IMG/VR virus record: IMGVR_UViG_3300024999_000038
Coordinates: 86,269-150,268 of that record
Source: a virus
DNA: 64,000 nt
Reading direction: 5' to 3' (one strand)
How positions within the stretch are numbered: position 1 is the first letter of the stretch; each line of letters begins with the position of its first letter. Below the pieces are notes generated by a model. It did no database searches and had not been told where the DNA came from. It saw only the letters and a program-made list of their open reading frames with translations. This document shows, piece after piece, positions 1 to 13,140 of the stretch. The translations under genes were made by a program, and so were the position numbers.

Positions 1-2
1 AC

Positions 3-788
3 ATGATAAGATATAGGTCAGCAGGTACTTGGTATTATAAAACAGATCCTAATAAAATAGTAAGAGAAAGTGTTAATTTTTATACTCTATTTACTGACGA
101 AGAAGATTCACAACATAATTTAAATGAAGGAATAAAATTCTTTAAGAAATTAGAAATAAATTCTAATAAGATTTTCACAGGGAAGAAGGATTATAAAAAT
201 AATAATAAAGTATTAAACGGTGAGCTTGGGTCTATTATAAAGAAAGAGAAGAAAGGTACTGCTACAGAAAAAGATATAAACAGAAAGAATGAGATATTGT
301 ACTCAATTAATGCCAATGAAGAACAATATGCTATTCAAAGTTTGTTAGAATCTAATCTAGGTAAATTGCTTTCAGAAATTTACGAGGGATTTAATAGCGA
401 TAAGAAAGCAGAAAAATATTATGAGTTAGAAGAAAAATTAGGACTTCTTGATACTGGTGATAATGATAGTGGGGTTGACTTTGAGTATTATAAATGGGTA
501 ATGATTAACTATGAAAAAGATGAGCATGATTATTATGTAAGTTGTGTGAATAAACGAAAAAGAGAAATGTATAGTCTTGAAGATATAATAAATTTCTCAG
601 AACAAAAACAAAAAGGATTACATATTAATGGAGTGCCTTTGAAGAAGAGTAAAGATAATAATAAAGAAAAAGTAATAGAACAAGATGATAGTGATATTAT
701 AGAAGAATTAGGATTATGGGAAGACATAGACTCATTGAAAGAAGAAAATAAAAGATTTAATGATGATTGGTATTCAGAAGAAGAGTAA
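3..788 (+). CDS. Hypothetical protein with acidic C-terminus, probably 5'-truncated by the window edge
   Basis: 261-aa ORF starting at the window edge; no recognisable motif. Confidence 0.6.
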   Translation: MIRYRSAGTWYYKTDPNKIVRESVNFYTLFTDEEDSQHNLNEGIKFFKKLEINSNKIFTGKKDYKNNNKVLNGELGSIIKKEKKGTATEKDINRKNEILYSINANEEQYAIQSLLESNLGKLLSEIYEGFNSDKKAEKYYELEEKLGLLDTGDNDSGVDFEYYKWVMINYEKDEHDYYVSCVNKRKREMYSLEDIINFSEQKQKGLHINGVPLKKSKDNNKEKVIEQDDSDIIEELGLWEDIDSLKEENKRFNDDWYSEEE

Positions 789-797
789 GTGAGAATA

Positions 798-819
798 AGG
801 GGCGGTTAATTCCGTCCCT
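798..819 (+). terminator. Stem-loop with TTAATT loop, likely terminator
   Basis: AGGGGCGG-TTAATT-CCGTCCCT just after the stop at 788. Confidence 0.55.
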
Positions 820-1489
820 ATATTTAAAGGAGGTGATAAAAAATGAAAGAACGTATTACAATGAAGCAGTTAAAAGAGTTAACTATTGATCAATCAATCA
901 AATTAAAAAGTTGGTGGCAACCAAGAAAGTATGACGTTATTATGGTAAAAGATAAAACATTTACTTTTAATAAATTACACTTTAAGACAGATGTTATTTT
1001 CGAAGATAATTATGATACTCAAAAAGAATTTCGTATGCCATTATTGTCAATTGGTCAGATGCTAAATATTTTATATGATTATAAATATGATTTTATCAAT
1101 ACTCACAATCTAAATTGGTACGGACATAATGAAACAGTATTATGTAGTTTAGGATTCATTATTACTTCATATCCAGAGTATATTTGTGACGCTCTTTGGG
1201 AAACTGTAAAAAGTATTTTATAAATACCAATGAATGTTCTGTTTCGAAGTATTATAAAATAATTAAGGAGGTGATAAAAATGTTATATTGTCCTCACTGT
1301 GATGAATTCCATTTAGATAGTGAATTAACCATTCTTGTAGAACTTGATTATGTAGAATGTTTTAAATCAAATAGAGAAATAAAAACATACAAATATATCA
1401 ATTCTGAAAATGTGATTACTTGGAGAAAAGAACATGATTTTACTGAACTGTAAAATAAAAAATAAGATAATAAAAGGAGAGATAAAATA

Positions 1490-2209
1490 ATGGAATTAAA
1501 ATTTATTGGCACAGGTTCAGCGTTTAATACTAAATTAGGAAATACTTCAGCATATATCAAAGAAAATGGTTGTTTATTACTTCTTGATTGTGGTGAGTTG
1601 ACTTTTGATAGGATTATAAATATGAATCTATTAAATGATGTTAATGAAGTACATATTGCTGTAACTCATTGTCATCCAGACCACATAGGGAGTTTAGGGA
1701 GTTTAATATTCTATTGTCATTTTATTAAGAAAATTAAGCCGATATTTCACGCAGTTGATATTAAATCTATTGAATTATTAGAACTTATGGGAGTTACTTA
1801 TGATCATTGCTATTTTTATAATTGTATGGTTGATAAGTTTGCAGAAATTAAATCTCTTAATCTTCAATTGTTATTCGTTCCTACAAAGCACGTAAATAAA
1901 ATGAATTCTTTTGGAATATTAATTGCTAATCTAATCACAAGAAAAACTATTTATTATAGCGGAGATAGTTGTGAGATACCAAAATCTATTTTGTATGGTT
2001 TAAAATGCGGAGAACTTCATTATTTGTATCAAGATACTTGCAAAGTAGATTATGATGGTAATGTTCATTTGTCCTTAAGGAAACTTACAGAACTTATTCC
2101 CGAAGAGTTAAGGAGTATGGTTTATTGTATGCATTTGGACAGTGTATTTGATAGAAGTGAGGCAGAGGGACTAGGATTTAATGTTGTTGAGATTGAAGGA
2201 GGTGAATAA
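1490..2209 (+). CDS. MBL-fold metallo-hydrolase (RNase Z/beta-lactamase-like)
   Basis: FIGTGSAF, LLDCG, THCHPDHIG (HxHxDH), YYSGD, YCMHLD motifs. Confidence 0.88.
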   Translation: MELKFIGTGSAFNTKLGNTSAYIKENGCLLLLDCGELTFDRIINMNLLNDVNEVHIAVTHCHPDHIGSLGSLIFYCHFIKKIKPIFHAVDIKSIELLELMGVTYDHCYFYNCMVDKFAEIKSLNLQLLFVPTKHVNKMNSFGILIANLITRKTIYYSGDSCEIPKSILYGLKCGELHYLYQDTCKVDYDGNVHLSLRKLTELIPEELRSMVYCMHLDSVFDRSEAEGLGFNVVEIEGGE

Positions 2210-2821
2210 AATGGATTTTAACAAAGAATTGCAAATACTTAAGCAAAAAGAGCAAGAATTAATTAATAAAGCAAAGGCTAAAGGTTATAAATTTATCAAT
2301 AATCAATTCACCAAAGATGAATTTATTCCTGTGATAGAGATTTATGCATACGGAGAAACAACTTATGAATCTTATGGTAATTTTATGATATTTAAAAAGA
2401 CTATACCTTTAACAAAAGAACAGCTTTTAGAAATCAAAGGTATACAGCAAACCAAAGAAAATATAATCAATGATTTTATGTATAATGATGGATTCTTAAC
2501 AAAATTAGATGGATTAGATAGTTTTTATGATATATCAGAATGGCATGGTATGTTGGATTCAGAAAACATTGATGGAATAGTAGAAGATTTAGAGGAAGAA
2601 TATTCAATGTTAGAGGATGGATGTAATTTATATTTAGAATTTTTCTTTGAGATAGAAGAGGGATTAAGGGGCTATATTAGTGTTTATGATATGCCATTAG
2701 ATAAATTAGGACAACAAGATAATATAGATTTAACTTTGCATAAATATCTTACTCAAAATTGATACCCTATGAAAGTCAATTTTCAACGGATAAAAAATAA
2801 ATAATAAAAGGGGAATTATAA

Positions 2822-3241
2822 ATGAGAGAAATTAGGTTTCGTGGTAAGTGTGTAGACGATAATGAATGGGCGTATGGAGATTATTATTCATCTGATGAAA
2901 TGCCAATGAGGGGAGAAATAGGGCATTTTATTAAGTGTGGATTAAATGAAGAGTATAGAGTTATCCCTGAAACTATTGGTCAATATATTGAACTTCATGA
3001 TAAAAACAAAAAGTGGATTTATGACGGCGACATTCTAGAAAGAGAAGGTTATTGGTCTATAAGAATTGAGTATAAAGAAGGAACATTTTGGATTCGTGAT
3101 TTAGATAAGGTGCGTTATAATAATAGGATACTAAATACACCTATAGCATTGTTTACAACTCTTAACGAATATGAAGTGATTGGTAATATTTTTGAGAATC
3201 CAGAGTTATTAGAAGAGGGAGATGAATTAAATGAAAACTAA
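2822..3241 (+). CDS. yopX: YopX family phage protein
   Basis: MREIRFRG..W.YG, ETIGQYI.LHDKN...IYDGDIL, EVIGNIFENPELL signature. Confidence 0.9.
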   Translation: MREIRFRGKCVDDNEWAYGDYYSSDEMPMRGEIGHFIKCGLNEEYRVIPETIGQYIELHDKNKKWIYDGDILEREGYWSIRIEYKEGTFWIRDLDKVRYNNRILNTPIALFTTLNEYEVIGNIFENPELLEEGDELNEN

Positions 3242-3875
3242 ACCATATTTGAACTATTTTAAATATGTCCTAGAACACAAAAAGAATGTCTTTAAAACTT
3301 GTTGGAAAAGAAAGTTATATCTCCACGCCATTACACATGATTTAAGTAAATTTAGTCCTAAAGAATTTATGCCTTATGCAGAATGGTTTTACGGATATCA
3401 TGGTGTAAAACTAGAAAAGGAATATAATAAAGAACAACTTAATAATGGAATGTCATGTTTAAGTAGAAATTATTTAGAGTGTAAAAGCAATTTTGATAAA
3501 GCATGGGAGCATCATTACAATAATAATCCTCATCATTGGGACTACTGGTTGGACGAGAAGGGGATTCCTAAACCAATCTCTTATGATTATCTGCAACAAA
3601 TGTTAGCAGATTGGGAGGGGATGAGTTTAAAATTTGGTGGAACTGCACAGGAGTATTATTTAAATAATTATCATAAAATTAAATTAGAAAGGGATACAAG
3701 AATAAATTTAGAAATGTTGTTAGGTTTAAATAATAGTTTAGCACATAATTATGGTCATACATTAATAGAATTTGCAAATAAATACGATAAAAGTGATTAT
3801 AATATGATTTTTAGGTTTATTAAAGATAGGTATGAAATTGATACATATGAATTGTTAAGAAATAAAATCCAATAA
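3231..3875 (+). CDS. DUF5662-like HD-type phage protein
   Basis: HKKNV, HDLSKFSPKEF, AWEHHYNNNPHHWDYW, MLADW motifs. Confidence 0.7.
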   Translation: MKTKPYLNYFKYVLEHKKNVFKTCWKRKLYLHAITHDLSKFSPKEFMPYAEWFYGYHGVKLEKEYNKEQLNNGMSCLSRNYLECKSNFDKAWEHHYNNNPHHWDYWLDEKGIPKPISYDYLQQMLADWEGMSLKFGGTAQEYYLNNYHKIKLERDTRINLEMLLGLNNSLAHNYGHTLIEFANKYDKSDYNMIFRFIKDRYEIDTYELLRNKIQ

Positions 3876-4182
3876 AACCCAGATTTTATCTTATGAAGAG
3901 AGGAAAATTTAAATGAAAAAGGTTAAAAAGAATTGGATATATGAATTAGAACGTGGTGATATGATTTCAAAAGGTGAATTGGGAGCGTCTTATGAATTTA
4001 TGGGGATGAATGATGAAGGTTTATATATGTTATGCGGTATGCCTTTTGGATACTATAGAGAAACTATGGAGACGTTTAAATTACTACGCAAGAAAAATGC
4101 GGTACAATGAAAACCTTATTTGATGTGCCCATGGTATAAATATAAAAAGTAAATAAAAGAAAGAAAGAAAGAAGGAATAGTT

Positions 4183-5133
4183 ATATATACAGCAGTAGAT
4201 TTTTTCTGTGGTATGGGTGGTGTTTCTAAAGGATTAGAGGATGCAGGTTTTAAAGTTTTAAAAGGGTATGATATGTGGGAAAATGCACTTAAAACTCATA
4301 AACAAAATCTGCAAAATATTGATGTAGAAAATATTGATATTACAAAATTGGAAATCGAGGATATCCCAGATGCAGATTTATACCATTTTAGTCCACCATG
4401 TCAATCTTTTAGTACAAGTGGTAAAAAGGAAGGAGCTAAAAGTGATAAAGGTCAATTAATATATGAAACAGTTAGGATTTTAAAAGGCAAAAACCCAAAG
4501 GCATTCACATTTGAAAATGTAAAAGGATTAACCTTAAAAAATAATAGGAGCGATTTCGATAAATTAATAAGTATATATGAAAATATTGGTTATGTATGTT
4601 CGTGGAAAGTAATTAATGCTTATGATTATGGAGTAGTTCAAAGCAGAGAAAGGTTAATTTTGGTTGGTATAAGAAAGGATTTAGATGTAGCTTATGAATT
4701 TCCAGATAAAATTCCTAATAATAAAACAATAAAAGATGTTATAAAAAATATAAAAAACAATAAAGGTGTATTAAAACACAAACCTGAAACAGTAGAAAAA
4801 ATAAAACATGTTCCATATGGAGGTTCTATTTTAGATATTCCATCCGAAATAAGACCTAAAGCGTTTGGCAATGCTTATGTTAGATTAAAATGGAATGAAA
4901 TACCTCCAACTATTACTAGAAATTATAATTGTCCATGTAGTGCAAATTGTATTCATCCAGAAGAACATAGGGCGTTAAGTGATACAGAAGCATTGCTTAT
5001 ACAAGGGTTTGATGAGGAGTGGGAGGTATTAGGAACAGGTAAGGATTTACAGATAGGCAACGCATTACCACCACAAATAATGAAGGTTATAGGGAAAAGT
5101 CTAATACATATTTTGGATATGAAAAATAAATAA
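4183..5133 (+). CDS. DNA (cytosine-5) methyltransferase; probable ATA start at 4183
   Basis: Motif I (YTAVDFFCGMGG) begins upstream of the track ATG at 4213; PPCQSFS catalytic motif, ENVKG, QSRER, QIGNA. Confidence 0.92.
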   Translation: MYTAVDFFCGMGGVSKGLEDAGFKVLKGYDMWENALKTHKQNLQNIDVENIDITKLEIEDIPDADLYHFSPPCQSFSTSGKKEGAKSDKGQLIYETVRILKGKNPKAFTFENVKGLTLKNNRSDFDKLISIYENIGYVCSWKVINAYDYGVVQSRERLILVGIRKDLDVAYEFPDKIPNNKTIKDVIKNIKNNKGVLKHKPETVEKIKHVPYGGSILDIPSEIRPKAFGNAYVRLKWNEIPPTITRNYNCPCSANCIHPEEHRALSDTEALLIQGFDEEWEVLGTGKDLQIGNALPPQIMKVIGKSLIHILDMKNK

Positions 5134-5501
5134 TTCTTGTACAATCAAATTAATAATCTATTTAGTACATAAGAAGTTAAAAATAATTAATCTTTAGGGT
5201 ATTGCAATTAAGAGCGATACCCTATATAATTGATATAGAAAGTAAATTAATGGTGGTGGTATATGTGAAAGGAATAGGATTTTATAAATACCGAAACGAA
5301 TTAATATTACTTAATGAAAATGATAAGTGGTGGATAACAAATTATTTTGATATTGAATTTGATAGTATAGAAAAAGCCAAGAATCACATTGACAAACATT
5401 TAGGTGGTTGGTCTGGTAAATGTATGCCTCAAAGATGGTTGAAGGATGAAGCGTTAAAGGAATATTATGAGGGAAGAAAGTATTTTTGAGGAGGAATAAA
5501 A

Positions 5502-6101
5502 ATGCGGAAGAGAGTAATGAATAAACATATTTTAAAAGATAACTTAAAAATTAAAAAAGAATTTGTTAATTCACAAGAAGTGAAATTATTAAATATGTCT
5601 GATATCTTATTGGTTGAACCAATACATATTAATGCAAATTGTGATATGTCTGAGTCAATTGAAAGATTTAAAAGTAAAAATTTAATACAATTAAACGTCC
5701 CTATTGTTGTTAAGGAAGAATTGGATGGCAAATATTCATTAGTAATTGGGTATAGTGGTTACATGATAGCAAAATCATTAGGATTTACTGAAGTTCCATG
5801 TATTATAACCAGTGAAAAACGAACGGATTTGAACTATAAATTAGGTTTTAAAAGTCAGATACCGATTAATGGATCTATAGCAGATAACTATTTATCAATT
5901 GATAAGATTACTATTCCCAAACGAATTGTAAATGTAAACGAAGAAAAGATTAATAAGTGTATTGAATACTATAATAAGAATGGATATTTTAAGAAGCCTA
6001 TACTTATTCGAAAAAATGGAGTATGTGTAGATGGGTTTTCAATACTAATTGCTGCCCAGAGATTGAAATTGGATAAAGTTGAAGTTGAAATTAAGGTATA
6101 A
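5502..6101 (+). CDS. Protein with two ParB/Srx-like domains
   Basis: Two units resembling ParB N-terminal domains (PIVV..YSLVIGYSGYMIAKSLGFTEVPC and KPILI..VDGFSILIAAQRLKLDKVEV). Confidence 0.55.
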   Translation: MRKRVMNKHILKDNLKIKKEFVNSQEVKLLNMSDILLVEPIHINANCDMSESIERFKSKNLIQLNVPIVVKEELDGKYSLVIGYSGYMIAKSLGFTEVPCIITSEKRTDLNYKLGFKSQIPINGSIADNYLSIDKITIPKRIVNVNEEKINKCIEYYNKNGYFKKPILIRKNGVCVDGFSILIAAQRLKLDKVEVEIKV

Positions 6102-8707
6102 AATGTTGCGTTTAAAGTAAGTTAAAAAGGAGATATTATTATGAATTTACTCAAAGTTTCACTTTCTGAATCATTACAAGAAGAATTGAATAAGGAAATT
6201 ATTTTCTCATTAAAGGATTTAGGTTTCAAAATAGATAAAGAGATTAATTGGAAAGGTGCTATTTTGCTTTGTCACAAGACAAAACAGGGAATTATAAATA
6301 TCAGGCAATGGGAAGAACAATTCCAAAAATATGCCTGTTGGAGATTCACAAAAAAGAAAGAATTAAGTTTTGATAAGTATGAAGAAGGAGGAAAGTAAAA
6401 ATGAACAGTGAAAATATGATAGTAAATCTTAATAATGAGGATATAGTGGGATTATGTAATGATATTTACGATTGGGAGAAGGGCAATGGCGATCTGAATA
6501 ATGATAGTAAATTAAGAAAGTTATTTTTAAATCATCGAAACATTTTTCGTGATATTTACCATCTTAAAGATTTAATATTATTTGAGGCACATGAAAGGTT
6601 TCATAAAGTTGCTAGAATATTGATTATAAATAATCCTAGAATGTTTATTAAGTAGATAGTGCCAAGAAATGATGTTTTTATCTTATTATGAAAGGAGTGA
6701 ATAATATAAATGAAATATTCAAGAGCTAAAGTAGGAGACAAAGTAAGTTTTACTTTATGGGAACAGCGTTCAGGATGGATGGAAAATCCTAAAACCCCAC
6801 CTTATTATGGTGTGATAATGCGTAAATACAAAAATTATTTAGGAACATTTTATGATGTGAAAAGAGATATAGATGGCAATGTTATAAAATTACTTGGTTG
6901 TGATTTTCAAAAGGTATAGAATCTTGCTTTTAAGTTATTTAAGGAGGAGAAAATTTAATGGATTGTATTTATAAGTTGGGGCTATCAGTAAATATGTTTG
7001 GAAAGAAAACACGTTATTCTTTTACCGTATTGAGATGTAATGTAAAAAGTCAAACAAAAGATAATGTTATTCTTCATGATAGCAGAAGAATTAAAAAAGA
7101 GAATCTAGATAAAATTATTGATGGATTTTTAACTAATAGTTCAAGGAATATAAATTATGTAATTTGGACATTTGATTTATCTAAACAAGAACTTTATAAA
7201 AAGCAATTAGTAGGAAAAATAACTTTTCAAATAGAGAAATATAAACAAGAATTAATAGATTTAGAACAAGCAATGTTGTCTGAGCCGCAATTTACAGAAT
7301 TAGATAGAGAATAGTATCCTACGAAAGAAGGGTTTCTTAGGATTTAGATTGGAGGGGATTAAAAATGGAATATATTAATTGGGAATGTAAAGATTGTGGA
7401 TGGCAATGGGTAGGAGATAGAACAGATGCATGGTGTCCTTGTTGTGATGAGAATAATATTTTCTCTCCTAGTCATATAATTGAAGAATGAAGGAGAAATT
7501 TAAAATGATAGAGAAACAAATTATGATTCCTAAAACAGTTTATGAAACAAGTGATGGGCAACAATTTGAAAAAGACTATGATGCAGAAAAGTGGGAGTGT
7601 AAACTATATTTTAAAAATAATATGGAAAATAGATATCGGGATGTTATGGAAATCGGATACTGTGTGCTTAATTCCAAAGAAGAAACTGAAATTTTAGAAA
7701 CATTATCTAGGAATGGTTATATTAAAAAGGGATTTTATAGTCATTATTTAAATGATGAAATTAAATTTCCTATTATGGTTAAATTTAAAGAAGAATTTGG
7801 GCGGTCAGCCGTAATAGCAACGAAAAATGATTATGATAGATTTAAAGATATGGCAGAAAGATTTCAAACGCTTTGCAAGATGTACGAGTCAGTAAATTAA
7901 CTATAGGAGAAGGGTATGATGGCAAATTGATCATAATTAACGATGGTTCATTATCGGAGATATATTTTGATTATGGTGAAATGATATATACTAAATTCCA
8001 AAAAGGGAGTTACATTGAATATATTCCTTTTGGAAAATTTATGTCGTTTAAATGCTCTAAATATTGTATTGATTTGGTTAACGAAAATGGAGAGGCGATG
8101 CCATTGGATTTATGTTATAGATTTGTCGAATAAAGAGAAAGGTTGTTGAAATTTATGACAAAAGATGATTCATTAAGAATTCTACATAAATGCATTAAAG
8201 AATTAAATAATATGAGTCAAAAAGAATTTGATCAAAAAATGTTGCAACAAGGAGCGTTCTTTGATGAATACTCATATGAGGAAGATGGTTTTAGTTTAGT
8301 ATTATCTCATGAACATATTCCTAATAAATAGCATTGAAAGGAGTTTTGTGATAATATGGAAACGATTAAACTTTCACAGCTAAATACAGATACAACCATT
8401 GCGTATGGTAGTAAAAATATTTTAGCATGTGCGGAAAGATTGTTCTATGATATTTATGAAGGGAAAAGAAAAAGAAAAGCTATTGCAATTATTGGTGATA
8501 AAAACTATGAAGTAGAATATGATATAAATCTAGAACAGATTAAAAAGGTTATAATTTGTTGTAATCACAATAAAGAAGTTGATAAGGATGCCAGCAGATG
8601 CCAGTTCGGTTGTGATGATTATTTAGAGGATAAGGAATTTGAAGGTAGTTGTTTGGAAATAAGACATTTATTAATTTAAATACAGTGAAAGGCAGAGGTT
8701 ATAAGTT

Positions 8708-8977
8708 ATGGCAATTTGCGGATATTGTAATAAAGATATGTCAAAAGTTAATTCGTGTGTTGAGGTTGCAATTACAATCAACAAAGAAGTGTATAAACCA
8801 ATACCTTATGGTCAAGAAACAAGAATTAATTGGGAATCTGAAAGATGTCATGATTGTAATATTGAACAAGGTGGATTACATCATCCAGGTTGCGATGTAG
8901 AAGAATGTCCTGTATGTCATGGTCAATTAATTTCTTGTGGATGTATAGATGATGAGGAGAAAGAAGAAATTGACTAG
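8708..8977 (+). CDS. Cys-rich zinc-binding phage protein
   Basis: CGYC, CHDC, HHPGCDVEECPVCHGQLISCGC. Confidence 0.6.
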   Translation: MAICGYCNKDMSKVNSCVEVAITINKEVYKPIPYGQETRINWESERCHDCNIEQGGLHHPGCDVEECPVCHGQLISCGCIDDEEKEEID

Positions 8978-9333
8978 AAAAAGTGTAAAAGAAGCTGTTT
9001 AGGAAAGGAGGTATTAGGTATGGAAAGCTATCCTGAGAAATTAGTTCAAACTGTAATTGAATACTTAGAAGAAACCAAAGGAGCAAAGATATTTCATTAT
9101 GACTCATACACTGGGACACCTTACAAAGACAAGTCTATTACAGATACTACTTATCGTATTTATGTTTTATATGGTAATTTATTTGAAGTTTTTAGTTATA
9201 CTATAAATTCTAAACCAGAATGGAATTTTGATGAAGTATCAGTTAGTTCTATGATTGCTTGGGAAATTAAAGAGTGTTATGAGAAGTCAGGTTGGCCTTG
9301 GAGTTAATTTGAGGGAATGGCAGGTGGTTTAAA

Positions 9334-9519
9334 TTGTTTGATGAAGATAATTATATGACGGTTACAGAAGCATCTAAAGCAATAGGTAAAACAAAACAAG
9401 AAACACTTGAACTTATTGAAAAGTATCAAATTAGGAAGTTTAAAGCGTTTCCTAATGATACTAGATTTTTGGTTTCAATGAAAGATGTTAATTTAATTTT
9501 AATGAGAAAAAGTCGTTAA
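9334..9519 (+). CDS. Small excisionase/MerR-like HTH protein
   Basis: YMTVTEASKAIGKTKQ helix-turn-helix pattern; TTG start. Confidence 0.5.
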   Translation: MFDEDNYMTVTEASKAIGKTKQETLELIEKYQIRKFKAFPNDTRFLVSMKDVNLILMRKSR

Positions 9520-10715
9520 AACAAAAGTTTGAAAGGATTATGATATGGGTTGGGAAGAAAGAGAAAAGCAAGAAATTACTAATCTAATATTTGATATATC
9601 TATGATATTAATATTTTGTATATTATTTGTTTTTGTTGTTATAACCCTATGAATCGAGAGTTTTATGCTAGTTATGGTTATGAAAAACGTAGTAAATCGA
9701 AGAATTAGCGAGCATGAGAGAGGTGGATTTTTATGGATGAAAAATTAACGCACTTAGAAAATCTTGCTTTGGCTTTAATGCAACAAAGTGAACCAAAAGA
9801 GACTTTACCAATGACAAAAGATTGCAAGTATTGTACACATTACTCCGAAGTTAAATGTTATGCAGGTGGTTTTAAATTAAACCAAGATAAAATCATTGAC
9901 GAGTGTTATTATTCAAAAGGTAAACGTAGAACCATTGAATCTTTACATCCAATGATAGATTCAGGTGAATTAGGGGTATTTGAGTTTGAAAATATAGAAC
10001 TTACTGAGAATGAAAAAGTGATTGAAGAATTAAGAGAAGATGCATTAAAAAAGTTATTTCAAAGTTTAGGGGTTAGTTTGGCAGATATAATTGGAGAAAA
10101 TAGAATAAAGGAGGGAATATAATGGATATTAATTATTTGAAACATCTTAGAAAAATTTATGAAAATTATTCGAATATTAACGGAAAAGAAATAAAAATAA
10201 TGTGGAATATTATTGGAAGATATGTTGGAGAAATAGAAAGTGGTGAAATTGATTATAGTGCTTTTGGAAAATATGTTGGAAATATAATAAATGAAGCTAA
10301 TATAAAATAGATATTTTATCCTAGTTTGAAGCTAGAGACTCAAAGCATTTAAGAGCATGAGAAAGTATGGAGGAGGTTAAAATTATGGAACAAAAGGAAT
10401 TACATATCTGGATGGGTACACCTGATTTAAATAGTAGAGATGTGTTATTTACCACCTTTGATGAAACGGATACAGCATTACAAAATGGTCATAATAGAGT
10501 AAATACAGTACAACCTCATTTTTGTAGCACAGAATGGATAGTAAGAGGGTATCGAGTATTTATTCATATGCTAGATGGTAAAGTGGTTGAAATGAAACTA
10601 GGTTACATTGGTAATTGTGGTAGAGAAGTTAAGATTTCTACTGCTCTTGAGAAAATGATGTTATCCAATTGTTTTGGGAAAGCGACTAGGGATTATGATA
10701 AAGGAGCGAATTAAT

Positions 10716-11252
10716 ATGAGCGATAACCATAAAAACAAAATTTTCATGATTTCAGATCCACATTTCCATCATGAAAACATTATCAAATATGAGAGCAGAC
10801 CATTTGAAAATGCTGAACAAATGACTAAAACAATTATTAAAAATTGGAATAAAGTTGTTCATAGAGATGATGAAGTTTTCTGTTTAGGGGATGTTTGCTT
10901 TAAAAATAAAGAAATTACAACAGAAATTGTTCAGCAATTAAATGGAATCAAAACATTAATCTTAGGAAATCATGATAGATCAAAATCAGTAACTTGGTGG
11001 AAAAGTGTAGGATTTCAAGAGGTGAGTAAATATCCTATTATTGTTGGTGATTTTTATATTCTATCACATGAACCAATTTATTTGACTGAAGCAATGCCTT
11101 ATGCAAATATTCATGGACATATTCATCATCTGAAATATGAAGGTGAACAACATTTTAATGTTAGTGTTGAGTGTATTGATTATACTCCTATGGATTTTGA
11201 GGATATTAAGAAGGAAATTTTTATTAGAAATATGGAGGAGGAAAAGGAATGA
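10716..11252 (+). CDS. Calcineurin-like metallophosphoesterase
   Basis: SDPHF, LGDV, GNHD, SHEP, HGHIH motifs; RBS AAGGAG before ATG 10716. Confidence 0.9.
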   Translation: MSDNHKNKIFMISDPHFHHENIIKYESRPFENAEQMTKTIIKNWNKVVHRDDEVFCLGDVCFKNKEITTEIVQQLNGIKTLILGNHDRSKSVTWWKSVGFQEVSKYPIIVGDFYILSHEPIYLTEAMPYANIHGHIHHLKYEGEQHFNVSVECIDYTPMDFEDIKKEIFIRNMEEEKE

Positions 11253-13105
11253 AAGATATGACACTTACACAAGCACCTGAATTGACTGAGGAAGAATTAG
11301 AAATGGTAGAAGAAGATCAAGTAAAGGTGATCAGAGGAAAATGTTATTTTGTTTTTGAAAATGGAAAGATCAAAAGTTACTGTAAAGATTTTGATGAGTA
11401 TGAAAAGGAAATGCTTAAAAACGAATATACTATCTATGATTTAATAGATGGGAAAAGTTTCGCAGAATCATTAAAATACAATGGGTTTACTGATTATGAT
11501 GGAAGTTTGTGTGAAATATTTGTTAATGACTATGTTACCAATCTTGGTATTTGGAGCAATAATTTTCATCAAGGAGAAGGATTTTATGTAAGTCTTAAAG
11601 ACTTTAAAAAACTATGTGGTCAATACAAAGTTGAAATTAATTGGGCAAACAAGTAATCCCTCGAATAACGCATTTGATGTTTAAGTGAGGAGAATGGTTG
11701 ATGGATTTCAAAGGTAAAGATAAAACCTATATTGACGAATGGGTTAGAACGATGTTACCTAATCTTGATTTATCAGCATATGAAAGATTAGGATATCTAA
11801 GGGGATATTTCAGGATACAAAGGGAAGTTGGATGGGTATTTTCAAGAACAGTATGAGCAATTGATTGATATTTTGACTAAGCAATAAAACAAACACTTGG
11901 AATTTAGTAGTAGAAAAATCATGTAAATGGAAGTATAATAGAGCATGAGCGAGGTGTAAAATCATGCAAGATATTATCAACGCTATTAAAATTTCAAATA
12001 ATCCTAATGAAGTGAAGCAAATGTTAAAAGCATTGAAAATTAAAGAAGTGATTAAAATAGCAAATGGTCTGAATGTTTATATCAGAGGAAATGAGAACAA
12101 AACTGAAGTAATTAGTAATATTATTTTAGGGATTATTAAAGAAACTTGAAGGAATGATTAAATGAATATTGATTACTCAAAGTTCACGCTAAAATGTGGT
12201 GGAAACGGTTACAATGATTGTGGTCAAAATGAAAAACAAAGATGCTGTGTGGCGTGTGATAAATATGAAGAGTGTGTTAAAAAAGGTTGGACTTGCTTTC
12301 CTTTAAAAGATTTATTTAATAATGATCCACTGGAATGTCCTGCATTGTATTTGAAAATTGAACGATAAATCATAATAGTAGTAGGAGGTTTAATTAAATG
12401 AAAACAGATATATCTCAAGTAGGCATGTGGTGGAAATGGAATGAGCATTGTGATAATTGTGGTAGAAAGATTAGAGACTATGATGAATTTTCTTCAAGTG
12501 CTGAACCGGATGTGGATAAAGAAGATTATTGTTTGGATTGCATGAGAAAGAAATTAGATGGTGTTGTTGAATTATAAAATAAATATTTGTAAAGTGTTGA
12601 TTTTATAATTTGTATATGATAGAATATGGGTAAGAAGAATTTGAGGAGGAGATTTATTATGGAAAAGAAAATGGTAAGATTCACTATGACAATCGTTAGG
12701 GATATAGAGGTAGATTTAGCCGATTATCAAAATATGGGTAGTGAAAAACATCCAGAATCACCATGTAAAACTATTGAGGACGCATCTGAATTTAATATGG
12801 AATGTGACAAAGAAGATCCATTTGCTTTTATTGATGATAAAGATACTAAAATTGAAATGAAATATGAGATATTACCAGAATAGAAAGGTGGAAGATAAAA
12901 TGTCGGAAAGTATTAAACCTGAATGTCAACTATCTGGAATTAATGGAAATGTATTTAACATAATTGGAACAGTTTCAAAAGCATTAAGAAATGCAGGATT
13001 GAGAGATAAAGCAGTTGAATTTTCTGATAGAGCTGTGCAACAAGAAAGTTATGATGCTGTGTTGAGATTGTGTTTTGAATATGTTGATGTTTGTTAGAAA
13101 GTCAA

Positions 13106-13140
13106 ATCCTGAAACCATTGGTACATAATGGTTTCAGGAT
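13106..13140. repeat. Perfect 14-bp inverted repeat; member of a dispersed 23-bp element family
   Basis: ATCCTGAAACCATT-GGTACAT-AATGGTTTCAGGAT; near-identical core at 48798-48820. Confidence 0.75.

Noticed and set aside
4156-4176. AAAG tandem repeat upstream of the methyltransferase as a phase-variation tract
   Set aside because: Short, lies upstream of the RBS, and is consistent with ordinary purine-rich leader sequence
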